Below the pieces are notes generated by a model that ran no database searches, was not told the origin of the DNA, and was given only the letters and a program-made list of their open reading frames with translations. Of a stretch of 64,000 nucleotides of DNA, positions 10,101 to 22,874 are shown in pieces. Where the stretch lies: assembly GCA_964035545.1 (NCBI GenBank), contig OZ037767.1, positions 16,734,581 through 16,798,580 of the forward strand, written 5' to 3'. Each line of letters starts with the position of its first letter. The stretch's first letter is position 1. The DNA is from Bugula neritina. Taxonomy: Eukaryota; Animalia; Bryozoa. A program made the translations under genes and the position numbers.

Positions 10101-13087
10101 CTAAGACATGACAGTATTACACTGTTTGTCCGACAGGTTCTAAGGACGGGATGATATACGTCTGGTCTATAGATCAGCACACCTATGAGTTCAGTATAAA
10201 GTACAGTCTAGAGGGACACACGTACGGCGTGGCCCACCTAGCCTGGTCTCCTGACAGCAAGCACATCGTAGCCTGTGGTCCAGACGAGTGTGGGGATGTC
10301 TGGATATGGGACATAGAGGTGTGGGCTCCTCAAAACTATCTTCCCATGTTTTAAAGATCTTGTTAGCTAGGGTGTTAGCCGAGTGCTGTTACAAACTACT
10401 TACCCTGATTGCACGTTACATGTTACTCGCCTTCACTGTAAGTACAATTGTACTTACACCGATTGTAAGTCACATACTGTACGTCTGTTTAATAATCTAG
10501 ACGGGAGAATTGAAGGTCCGAATGAGTCATTCAACAGACGACAGTCTGACTAGCGTTTCCTTCCACAAAGATGCACGGAGATTTGTTACGGGAGGAACTA
10601 GAGGTCAATTTTATCACTGTGTAAGTATCGGTGTAGAATGTGTAAGTATAGACATACAGCGTGTAAGTATAGACATACAGTGTGTAAGTATAGACATACA
10701 CTGTGTAAGTATAGACATACACTGTGTAAGTATAGACATACACTGTGTAAATATAGACATGCAGTGTGTAAGTATAGACATACACTGTGTAAATATAGAC
10801 ATACAGTGTGTAAGTATAGACATACACTGTGTAAGTATCGGTGTAGAATGTGTAAGTATAGACATACAGCGTGTAAGTATAGACATACAGTGTGTAAGTA
10901 TAGACATACACTGTGTAAGTATAGACATACACTGTGTAAGTATAGACATACACTGTGTAAATATAGACATGCAGTGTGTAAGTATAGACATACACTGTGT
11001 AAGTATAGACATACACTGTGTAAATATAGACATGCAGTGTGTAAGTATAGACATACACTGTGTAAGTATGCTGTCTCCTACTGCATAATTTTGATGAAAA
11101 TGGGGGTTTCACTTCATTTACTCTCTCATGTACAACCATAACGAAAGTGGACAACTCCTAAATCATTTCATATTCGGTTTTATTTGAAATTTCTAAAAAC
11201 TTTTGCTGCGTTTATGATTGATTTCCTTTTTGTGTTATTAGTATATATTAAATATTTATTATCTTATTGAGTTATTTTAGAACAGTTTTGAGGATGTAAT
11301 AATGAGAAATTATCTGCTCATGCCCATGTTGACAGGATCTGGAAGGTAACGTGTTGGACTCATGGGAAGGGATCAGAGTTCACTGCGTCGGCTGCCTCAA
11401 TGATAACAAAACAGTCCTGGCTGCTGACTCTCACTTTAGACTTCGTTCTTACAACTTTGAGGATCTGAGTGACCAGCACTTGTGAGTACTACTCGGTACA
11501 GTCACTAGTACTACTCAGTACTGTCACTAGTACTACTCGGTACTGTCACTAGTGCTACTCAGTACTGTCACTAGTGCTACTCGGTACTGTCACTAGTGCT
11601 ACTCGGTACTGTCACTAGTACTACTCAGTACTGTCACTAGTACTACTCGGTACTGTCACTAGTGCTACTCAGTACTGTCACTAGTACTACTCAGTACTGT
11701 CACTAGTGCTACTCAGTGCTATCACTAGTACTACTACTACTACTAGTACTACTACTACTATTACTACTGCTACTACTACTGCTACTACTACTAATACTAC
11801 TACTACTACTACTAATACTACTACTACTATTACTACTGCTACTACTACTACTAATACTACTACTACTAGTAATACTACTAGTACGACTATTACTAATGAT
11901 CCTGACTATACTAATAAATATGTTGAGTACAACCTCTACTACGTAGTATTAATTATTATATCATATTCTGCCAGCACTCTTATCTCGACTGTGCTATTGT
12001 AGATTACAGGAAAGTCACTCTATTGTCTCGTTTACCATCAGTGAAGATGGCCGGCTGGTGTTACTCAACATTGACTCAGAGGTTGGTCTATGTTTCTGTA
12101 TTACGTAATTTCTAGCATGACCTAGCAGAATGTTCTCGTGAGATAACTCTGAAATTACACTAATCGTTTCATGATTCTTCAGTATTTATTGTTGAATCGT
12201 CTAAAGATGATGAGATGAAGTTTATATGATCTGTGCAGGCATATCATTTCAACAAATATTTTACTATTAAATTTCAGACTATCTTTTTGCCTAAACTATA
12301 AAAAGATGAAATTTTTCGATATTATATTTAATACATAATCTAATAATATAGCATGAATAACTTGATTTCCAGGGACATTTAGGAAAGAATGCATAAACAA
12401 TTTCAGTCATCACTTGTCATGTGTATGTATCATAGTTCAAGACACACGTTCTAATTATAGCACATTACATAAGATAGCGCTGTCTCTTTCAAGGGTATCC
12501 ACATCTGGGATCTGGAGAACAACTGCATGGTACGAAAGCTGCACGGCCTGAAGCAAGGATACTATGCAATACACTCTAGTTTTGGAGGTGTGAATCAGGA
12601 CTTTGTAGCTAGCGGCAGCGAAGGTCAGTTAAAATTCACTTATTAAGTTGTTATCAGCAACAGTTTATAGAGTCGCTCTTGATAATATTGTTTCAACTGT
12701 ACACTGTGTAATATACTGTGTAGCATATTGTGTTACAGATAACAAGGTGTACATATGGCACATTGAGAAAGAGAGCCCCATTTGTGCTCTGGAAGGACAC
12801 ACTCAGACAGTCAATTGTGTTCACTGGAACCCGGCTAATCCGTCAATGATAGCTAGTGTTTCCGACGACTCTACAATCAGAATATGGGGGCCTGCCATGC
12901 CCGCCACCGATAGTCCATCTACCAGTCGGTCACCGTATACCTCAAGATTACCACAAGGTAGATAGATTGTGTTTGAGGATTTAATATCCAGTACTTATGT
13001 TAGTTACTATTCGTCTAGTTCATGTCGCATGTGTTCACAGGTGGTGACTCATTTGCCAACCTCTCAGGGAGATGTACGCCAGTTTGA
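7184..13087 (+). CDS. WDR26: WD repeat protein 26 (CTLH/GID complex); exons 7184-7380, 7682-7781, 7873-7932, 8290-8426, 8593-8690, 9215-9374, 9704-9801, 10137-10318, 10501-10620, 11336-11481, 12003-12081, 12494-12623, 12739-12957, 13041-13087
   Basis: Lis[17 protein letters not shown]; CTLH LEHP..ILAGNW; [10 protein letters not shown]; WD40 repeats ([42 protein letters not shown]); phases consistent; last exon less certain. Confidence 0.93.
8070..8215 (+). repeat. 31-bp tandem repeat, WDR26 intron 3
   Basis: aactcatagtgatactgagtgataaggtagc x~5. Confidence 0.9.
8701..9178 (+). repeat. 17-bp minisatellite (~28 copies) containing TACTAAC, WDR26 intron 5
   Basis: ctactaactcattcact unit. Confidence 0.95.
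9367..9420 (+). repeat. Triplicated WDR26 exon 6 donor
   Basis: tgtgctaa|gtaagtag, tgtgctaa|gtaagtag, tgttaa|gtaagt. Confidence 0.9.
9793..9878 (+). repeat. 32-bp GT...AG unit triplicating the WDR26 exon 7 donor
   Basis: tagcaacag|gtaaacaagtttcacttctatct x2.7, plus a degenerate copy at ~9895-9920. Confidence 0.92.
10615..11069 (+). repeat. 21-bp minisatellite spanning the WDR26 exon 9 donor, with a 210-bp higher-order duplication
   Basis: cactgt|gtaagtatagacata; GT every 21 bp from 10621 to 11062; variant unit gtaagtatcggtgtagaatgt recurs at 10621 and 10831. Confidence 0.95.
11485..11900 (+). repeat. 22-bp repeat grading into (ACT)n, WDR26 intron 10
   Basis: agtactactcagtactgtcact from intron position +4, then actactact. 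Confidence 0.9.
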
Positions 13088-14033
13088 GTCGGTCTACAGG
13101 TCGAGACGTCTTCTGGAGTCATGTGATCTCCCCGTTTTCTTTGTACCTCAGTCTTAGTGGATCTGACCAATAGGCTGTCAGCTTGCCGGAGTTTTCGTGA
13201 CTCGCTTCTTGGACCTCTTTTATGCTGAGCCAATCACATATGGCAAATTATTCAGCTGAAATTTTGTAGGCAAAACCAATAGGCAGTTTATGATTTTTGC
13301 TAATGACCTTGCGGGTCTGGCTACGAAGCATAGGGCGTATAAAATTAATAAATTTATGCAATTTCTTACTTGAAAAATATTTCTTACTTTAAAAAAATCA
13401 TTATTTCTATTTTTGTGCTAATCAAATTCATACGACTTATTATGTTCATGCAATGACAAGTTAGTCATGTTGAAATTAGTTTTGTAGGTTACGGACGTTC
13501 TGCCTTCTATGTTAATTCAGTCGCTTAATTTAAATAAATTTTCAATGAAAATATCACAATGTTATAATTATGTTGCATTCGTAGTATTTCATGGGGAATT
13601 AAATGCTTTTTCGTCATCAAACTATGTTTATTAAAAATATTTAGGGAAAAATATAACTATAAATGTGTCATTTGATTCAATGTGTACAAGAAATTGTGCA
13701 TATAAATATAATATAATGAAGTGCACATGAACCAAAAACATGAGTGTCTGAGGAATAATATGAAGGTTACTAAGAGCAGGAGAGGTACACATGGATTGCA
13801 ATACGACAAGTGAAGGTATGTTTTTAAGACAGATCTGTTTTTGAGTGTTCTTTAATACCTACAAGACGGAGAGAGATATATTACTAGCAGCAAGGGCTGA
13901 ATACAACAACCTGCATAGACTGACTTCACGCCTCAAGTATGAGAGAAATCACAGGAAATGGTGACAGTCTACCCTGTAGACTCACTTAGCCTCTGGCCCT
14001 GGGGAGCTGCGTGTTGATGAAGGGGTGTAAAGT

Positions 14034-17000
14034 CTACTGCCCCGCATTCTGATCGAAGTGGCGGATGCGTCTATATATGCCATGTCCTTCAACTGCGACA
14101 TTGCACCTCTCCTCTGTATCTGTCCATTCTCCCTCGTAGTCCTCCCTGCCTTCTGCCACGTATTGTCTCCTCCTGCAACAGAGAACATTACAGCACGACG
14201 TGGAGACAACTGACATGTAGAGAACAGCTTCATGAAGAGAGAGAGCACAATAGTCTGACCGAATAACTCAGAATATGAAATAAAATCCTAACAAATTCAA
14301 AAACTAAATGAAAATAAGATGAATGAAACAGAAAAACATGTATAGGGAGAGTGAAAAGCCAAGTACATACTTCTTGAGTGTAAGGTTGGCGAGAGAAAAG
14401 CCCTGAGTAAAAATACACACAGAGAACTGAGTCTAAGACCTGGTAACATGTTTCTAGTTGTTTACATGTAACAGCAGTGAGTGCCAGTCAGTGAGTGTAA
14501 CGGCAGCAGATAGGTGAGCCGCTGACGGCTACTTACCTGTCACCAGGTGACGTCTGCTTTAGAGTCTCCACACCTGTGAATACGACAGCCGATCCTCCGG
14601 TGGCCGTGGGCTTAACATCTCCCTACAGAGTAGAGTATACAGAGTAGAGTACACAGAGTATACAGAGTAGAGTATGCAGAGTAGAGTATACAGAGTAGAG
14701 TAGAGTATACAGAGTAGAGTATACAGAGTAGAGTATACAGAGTAGAGTATACAGAGTAGAGTATACAGAGTAGAGTATACAGAGTAGAGTATACATAGTA
14801 GAGTATACAGAGTAGAGTATACAGTGTAGAGTATACAGAGTAGAGTATACAGAGTAGAGTATACATAGTAGAGTATACATAGTAGAGTATACAGAGTAGA
14901 GTATACAGAGTATACAGTGTAGAGTATACAGAGTAGAGTATACAGAGTAGAGTATACAGAGTAGAGTACACAGAGTATACAGAGTAGAGTACAGAGTATC
15001 CAGGTAAAGTACCTTGACTAATTTAGTCTGCAGGTTGCCCTGTGCGTCAGAGTCCTGCGTAGTCAGTATGTAACGACTAGCTTTGTTTGTGTCCTTCACC
15101 TCCAACTTGCCCACTGACTTCTTGTGTTTCATCTTTGGCTGCAGGACTGTTTCCAGAGGAGCTATAGCCTCAGGCCTGTGGTCTAACCACTTCTCTCCTA
15201 CAGACTTGGATCTCCGGTGATTACGGATGGGTGTCTACACACAGCAATCTTCAGGTTACACATGCTAAGTACAAGGACGTTTACTCACACTAGTCACATG
15301 ACACTAGTCACATGACACCAGTCACATGACATCTCACTAGTCACATGACATCTCACTAGTCACATAACATCTCACTAGTCACATGACATCTCACTAGTCA
15401 CATGACACTAGTCACATGACATCTCACTAGTCACATGACATCTCACTAGTCACATGACATCTCACTAGTCACATGACATCTACTCACAGGACGATGACCT
15501 CCAGCTGAGGGAGACGAAGCTCGCTGTCTCTGAGGCAGCATATTCTTCACTGTAGACCTGGTAGTTGGTCTGCTCGCCCTCTCTGGAGCCCCCTTGGACC
15601 GGCTGGAGGCGGTGGGGGTGGCGTAGCTGGGGGTGGCAGTGGTAGACCTGGCACCTCCTCGCTGAAAGTCAAACGCAGCAAGTCATGGTAATATGTATGT
15701 AGAGAGTGGATATAGCAATATACCCGGGGGGAGGGAAGGAGTGGATATAGGTACATACCAGGGAGAGGGAAGGAGTGGATATAGGTACATACCGGGGGAA
15801 GAGAAGGGGTGGAGCGAGCCAGTTCTCCCGACAGTGACTCGATGTCGCTCTGGTTCACAATGTTCTTGAGGAGGCGGAGTTTCCTGTCCTTGACGGTGAG
15901 GTTTTCCTGAGCTTCCTGTTGGATCCGCTGCTTTTCCTGCTCCAGTTGATGTTCATACTCCACCTCTGCCTGCTCCACCTGCACCACAACAACACAGTGC
16001 ATAGCGGTGACATCATATCATATAATAATGACAAAACCTGAACAGGAGAAAGCGGGGATAGGTGAGAATATAATAAGGACACAACGCAGACCTGCTTCTC
16101 ATACTGAGCACGTAGTTTTTCTCTCTCGTAGTCCGTCTTGTGCAGCGCCATGTTCTTGTTGTGCAGTTTGTCGCCGAGATGGCGGTTGTCTTGCTCCAAG
16201 TGAGACAGTTTCTGTCTGAGTGTCCTCAGCTCCTTCTTCAGCTTGTCAGACTCCCTCTCTCTCTCGGCTATCACCGTGTCTCTGTCGGCTATCACAGTGT
16301 CTCTCTCCGACACGGCGCCACACAGCCTCGTGTTCTCCTCACGCAACGTCTGCAGCTCTTCTTCAACATTCACCAGCAGCTCCCGGAATGACGCCTCTGT
16401 TGGTAATATATTATACTCTGATATAATATACTATAATATACTGTAATATGATGTACTGTAATATAATATATTGTAATATAATACACTGTAATATAATACA
16501 CTGTAATATAATATACCGTAATATAATATACTATAATATAATTTACTGTGATATAATATTAATACTTATAGATATTAGACTATGTACTGTAAAAAGCAGA
16601 TTAATGGATATTAGATTATATAGACATTAGAATATACAGACATTAGGATAAATAGACATTAGATTATATAGACATTAGAATATATAGACATTAGATTATA
16701 TAGACATTAGGATATATAGACATTTGAATATATAGACATTAGATCATATAGATGCTAGACATATAGATGCTAGACTTATAGATGTTAGATTGAAAGGTGA
16801 CATACGCTTTCTCTGAACCACCTCCAGCTCCTTGCGTTTCATTTCATGGATATTGTCTAAATAGTTGGAAAGGGCCACCAGATCAGCATCTGATTCGTCC
16901 ATTGGGTCCATCTGTGAGGGTATATCACAGTGTATTACTACGCAGTGTATTATTACGCAGTGTATTACTATGCAGTGTATCACTACGCAGTGTATCACTA

Positions 17001-20000
17001 CGCAGTGTATTACTACGCAGTGTATCACTACGCAGTGCATCACTACGCAGTGTATCACTATACAGTGTATTACTACGCAGTGTATTACTACGCAGTGTAT
17101 CACTACACAGCGTATCACTACACAGCGTATCACTACGCAGTGTATTAGTACACAGTGTATCACTATACAGTGTATTATTACGCAGTGTATTATTACGCAG
17201 TGTATTACTATGCAGTGTAATACTATGCAGTGTATCACTACGCAGTGTATTACTACGCAGTGTATTACTACGCAGTGTATCACTACGCAGTGTATCATTA
17301 CGCAGTGTATCACTACACATGAATACAATAGTACACCACATAACAGACACAGTCATATTAAGGTTCACATACCGGGAGCTCAGGAAAAGGAGGTAGACTG
17401 TAAATCTCGGAAAGAGGGACGGGGGCGGGCGGCATACGCCCCAAACTGTTCATCTTCTTAGACGGAGGTTGAGACTCGTGGGCGGACACGGCAGCTGGAC
17501 GTCTGCGACTCCTGTGAGTCAGCTGCTGCTCGGCAAACTTTGGTTTATCTTGAGCTCGGTGAACCTGCACTTCCTGTGCGGCCTCGGAGAACCGCATGAC
17601 GTGCTGCAGCAGACGTACAGACAGACGTACAGCTGTGTTGTATCATATAGATATGTTAAACATGAATAAACGAGAAACATGTCCTTTATTTACCTCTTTG
17701 TTTATCCGTAATACTGATTTACTTTGATAAAGTAGTAAACAAAAAAATGTTTCTCGTTTATTTTTTAATTACACGATAAGGATATATTCAATAGATGCAT
17801 TATATTATATTTAGTAATATATCCGTTACATTATATTATATAGATAGTAATATGCATGTTATATTATATTAGATGGAGGTAGTAATATATCCTATTATAT
17901 TATATGAATATGAATACACTCACCACTGTCTCGTCATACTCGGCTGCCTTAGGATTGACACACACAATCATCCTTACTTTCCCTTCTCCATCAAAGTAGT
18001 TCTTGAACAGATGAGTGATCTTCGAGTCTCTGTACGGCACCATCTAAATCACATGACATACCGAGGTGTAAACTACATCACATGACACACCGAGGTGTAA
18101 CTACATCACGTGACCCCTGACCTTGTTATTGGAGCTCTTCTGGTTCTCTCTGAGAATGTCTATGCACTGTCTCAGCACCATGAGACTCTGGTTAATCTGT
18201 CCCGCCTCCTTCAGCCTCTCTCCGGAGCTCTTGGTGCGGTTAGTCCTCTCACTTCCTGCCAGATCGACCAATGAGAGCTGGCTGACAACTACCTTGCTTT
18301 TGTCCTACAGTATGCAGTATACAGTACGTGTAACTTACAGTATACAGTACAGTGTACAGTATACAGTACGTATAACTTACAGTATAAAGTACGTGTAACT
18401 TACAGTATAAAGTACGTGTAACTTACAGTATACAGTACGTGTAACTTACAGTATACAATACGTGTAACTTACAGTATACAGTACGTGTAACTTACAGTAT
18501 ACAGTGCGTGTAACTTACAGTATACAGTATGCAGTACGTGTAACTTACAGTATACAGTACGTGTAACTTACAGTATACAGTACGTGTAACTTACAGTATA
18601 CTCCACTACTTAGAGTAGAGCTGATAGACCGCCATGCAAGACTTACCATCATCAGGTTGTTACCAGACGGATCTAAAGGGGCCTGTACCAGTCTAATGTT
18701 GAACACACTGTGACTCCGACTAGACTCTGCGTTCAGCACTGTGTGGGCTACTTTCCTTCTCTTCTGACCTAGACACAGAGTTACTCTAGCTAGTATGACT
18801 GACAGTAGCAGTTACTCTAGTTAGTATGACTGACAGTAGCAGTTACTCTAGTTAGTATGACTGGCAGTAGCAGTTACTCTAGTTAGTATGACTGGCAGTA
18901 GCAGTTATTCTAGCTAGTATGACTGACAGTAGCAGTTACTCTAGTTAGTATGACTGACAGTAGCAGTTACTCTAGTTAGTATGACTGGCAGTAGCAGTTA
19001 CTCTAGTTAGTATGACTGGCAGTAGCAGTTATTCTAGCTAGTATGACTGACACAAATCGTAACTGTTAGCGCTAAACAACAAACTAATACCACTAGTCAC
19101 TATAATGATAAGTACACAAAGCAGTGAAATCTGTTGGTATTTGAAATGAGCTACTAGAGTTACAATAATGCATTTCATTCTATTATTTTATAATAAATAA
19201 TTCCTACCTTAGGTTATGTTGTTACATTACATCATCTTGTAACATAATGTAATATTATGTTAGGTAACTTTTATCCTATTATATAATATATCATTATATT
19301 ATATTATAATATATTGTTACTATACTATATGTATGCTAGTTTAAGTCACTGTACTGTATTATATTATATTATATTACAACATGTATCAGATCATATTATA
19401 CTACTTGATATTTTAACTATTTTAACTATATTACCTTACACTATATTATATTACAATATATAATATTATATCACATGTAGTACACTAACCTCTCACGAGA
19501 ATATCAAAGGCCTCTTCAGTAGATTTCACTTCCACCTCCGAGACGTTATGTACAAACATCACCCTCGACAAGTCCTCTCTGTATAACGTAGCGGAATATG
19601 TTACATGAGCAGCCGATAGGATGCTACCTTAGTATTATACAGCCAATAGGAAACTACCTTAGTATAGTATAGCCAATAGGAAGCTACCTTAGTATTTTAC
19701 AGCCAATAGGATGCTACCTTAGTATAGTACAGCCAATAAGATGCTACCTTAGTATAGTACAGCCAATAGGAAACTACCTTAGTACTGTACAGCCAATAGG
19801 ATGCTACCTTAGTATAGTACAGCCAATAGGAAACTACCTTAGTATTATACAGCCAATAGGAAACTACCTTAGTATAGTACAGCCAATAGGAAACTACCTT
19901 AGTGTAGTACAGCCAATAGGAAACTACCTTAGTATTTTGCTCTGTGGAGGTTTACTGCCAGTTATGGGGTCGTAGGGTAGCTCCTCTAGCAGGTCGTAGA

Positions 20001-22841
20001 TGTAGTTGTTGTAGATCTCAATGAACGAGACGAACACCGCGTACTGCCCGTCCTTATCAATGTCAAGGACAATGGAGGGGTCTCTTTGTCTATCCGCGTA
20101 GTCCGCTAGTTGTCTGTCCCTGTAACACGGTGAGAGTACAAACAGCAGAGTAAATAGGGGAGTCGTAGACAGTCTAAGTGCCTTCTACAACTATACTACA
20201 CGCTGACTGACCTGAGCTTGCCTTTGCCAGGTAACACTTCCTGTTGCTGCCGCCACAACATGGCGTCCGCTTCCGACTGAATGTTGAACCCGTTCTGCTT
20301 GTCGGGCATAAATACCTGCAATACACACAGTATACTATATACAGTATACTATATACAGTATATAGTATACTGTATATAGTATACTGTATATAGTATACTG
20401 TATACAGTATACTATATACAGTATACTATATACAGTATATAGTATACTGTATATAGTATACTGTATACAGTATACTATATACAGTATACTATATACAGTA
20501 TATAGTATACTGTATATAGTATACTGTATACAGTATACTATATACAGTATACTGTATATAGTATACTGTATACTATATACTGTATACAGTATACTATATA
20601 CAGTATATAGTATACTGTATATAGTATACGGTATATGCTATGTACAGTACATATACTATCACACAGTAGATATACCATCACACAGTGTATAATGCAGAGA
20701 AACTCACGTATTTCATAGCCTGAACTCCTTTGATGCTGTTGAAGACCATATCGAGACAGCGGGGGAGTATCCCCTGATCTTCACCTGAGCCGGCCATTGT
20801 GAATGTCTTACCTGATGAGGTTATTCCATACGTGAAGAGGAGGCCTGAGCAATACAAACACTATACTGTAGTAATACAAACACTATACTACAGTAATGCA
20901 AACACTATACTATAGTAATACAAACACTATACTATAGTAATACAAACACTATACTGTAGTAATACAAACACTATACTGTAGTAATACAAACACTATACTA
21001 TAGTAATACAAACACTATACTGTAGTAATACAAACACTATACTAGAGTAATACCAACACTATACTAGAGTAATACAAACACTATACTGTAGTAATACAAA
21101 CACTACACTATAGTAATACAAACACTATACTAGAGTAATACAAACACTATACTGTAGTAATACAAACACTATACTAGAGTAATACAAACACTATACTATA
21201 GTAATACAAACACTATACTAGAGTAATACAAACACTATACTATAGTAATACAAACACTATACTAGAGTAATACAAACACTATACTGTAGTAATACAAACA
21301 CTATACTGTAGTAATACAAACACTATACTATAGTAATACAAACACTATACTAGAGTAATACAAACACTATACTATAGTAATACAAACACTATACTGTAAT
21401 AATACAAACACTATACTGTAGTAATACCATTTTTCCCTCTCACGAGGTCGTCTATAAGAGGAGCTCCGACGCAGTCAAACAAATGTTTCTGTGAAGTTGT
21501 CTCCCCAAACACTCTGGTAAACTTGTAGTGCATCTGAAACCCAGTAATTATATAGAAAGAGTGGCGGAAACATTCGGCTGAGTGAAGAAATATATTTATA
21601 ACTTCAATAAGTGATTTTGTAAAAGATGATTAAAATAGCTCATTGCGTGATTTCTTTTATAACACAGAAGTGAGTAGGAGTGGTATTGTTAGTGCACACC
21701 ATGTGCGAAGCTGGAAATATTTGAGCGAAACACAAACTAGATAGAACAAGCCAGTCCACACTTACTAGGAGAGAGGGCAACTTCACACTTACTAGGAGAG
21801 AGGACAACTTGTTAGTGCACACCATGTGCGAAGCTGGAAATATTTGAGCGAAACACAAACTAGATAGAACAAGCCAGTCCACACTTACTAGGAGAGAGGG
21901 CAACTTCACACTTACTAGGAGAGAGGACAACTTCACACTCACTAGGAGAGAGGACAACTTCACACTCACTAGGAGAGAGGACAACTTCACACTCACTAGG
22001 AGAGAGGGCAACTTCACACTTACTAGGAGAGAGGACAACTCAACAAAACTATATTATCACAACTAATAGATTGCATTATTAGATAGATTTGCGTGGAAGC
22101 TGAAATTTGTGTGAATCGTGAAAGTCTAGCTTGAGAGAAATAAGAGATAGAAAAGAGAAACATAATATATGACATGTTATATATATTATGTTTGTATTGT
22201 AACACAATATATATAACATAATAAATATATAATATGTGCTATATCGCGAGATTACCAGGGGTGGTGGGTTACTTGGGTTCCAGTATCTCTTCAATGAAGA
22301 ATACAATTAGATGTTATAAAACAGTTACACAGGATATTGTGTGGTACATGTAAGAGTACTAAGTAAGAGTGAGTAGATGGAGTAATGAGCTACATCAACA
22401 GTTGAGTAGAGGGAGTTATATCAACAGTTGAATAGAGAGTATATCAACAGTTGAATAGAGAGTATATCAACAGTTGAGTAGAGAGTATATCAACAGTTGA
22501 ATAGAGAGTATATCAACAGTTGAATAGAGAGTATATCAACAGTTGAGTAGAGAGTATATCAACAGTTGAGTAGAGAGTATATCAACAGTTGAGTAGAGGG
22601 AGTTATATCAACAGTTGAGTAGAGGGAGTTATATCAACAGTTGAACAGAGAGTATATCAACAGTTGAATACAGGGGAAAATACATGAGTTAGACAATTAT
22701 AATATACAATTAAATTGAACAGAAGAGAGGGTTGCACTCAGTTTGCTTACCTCTACTTGAGTCTTTGTCTATAAAACCAAGAAGGAAACATACACTGTAC
22801 ACTGTATGTTGTTTGTGTGTGCGCGTAAGTCATACAGACAC

Positions 22842-22874
<33 letters not shown>

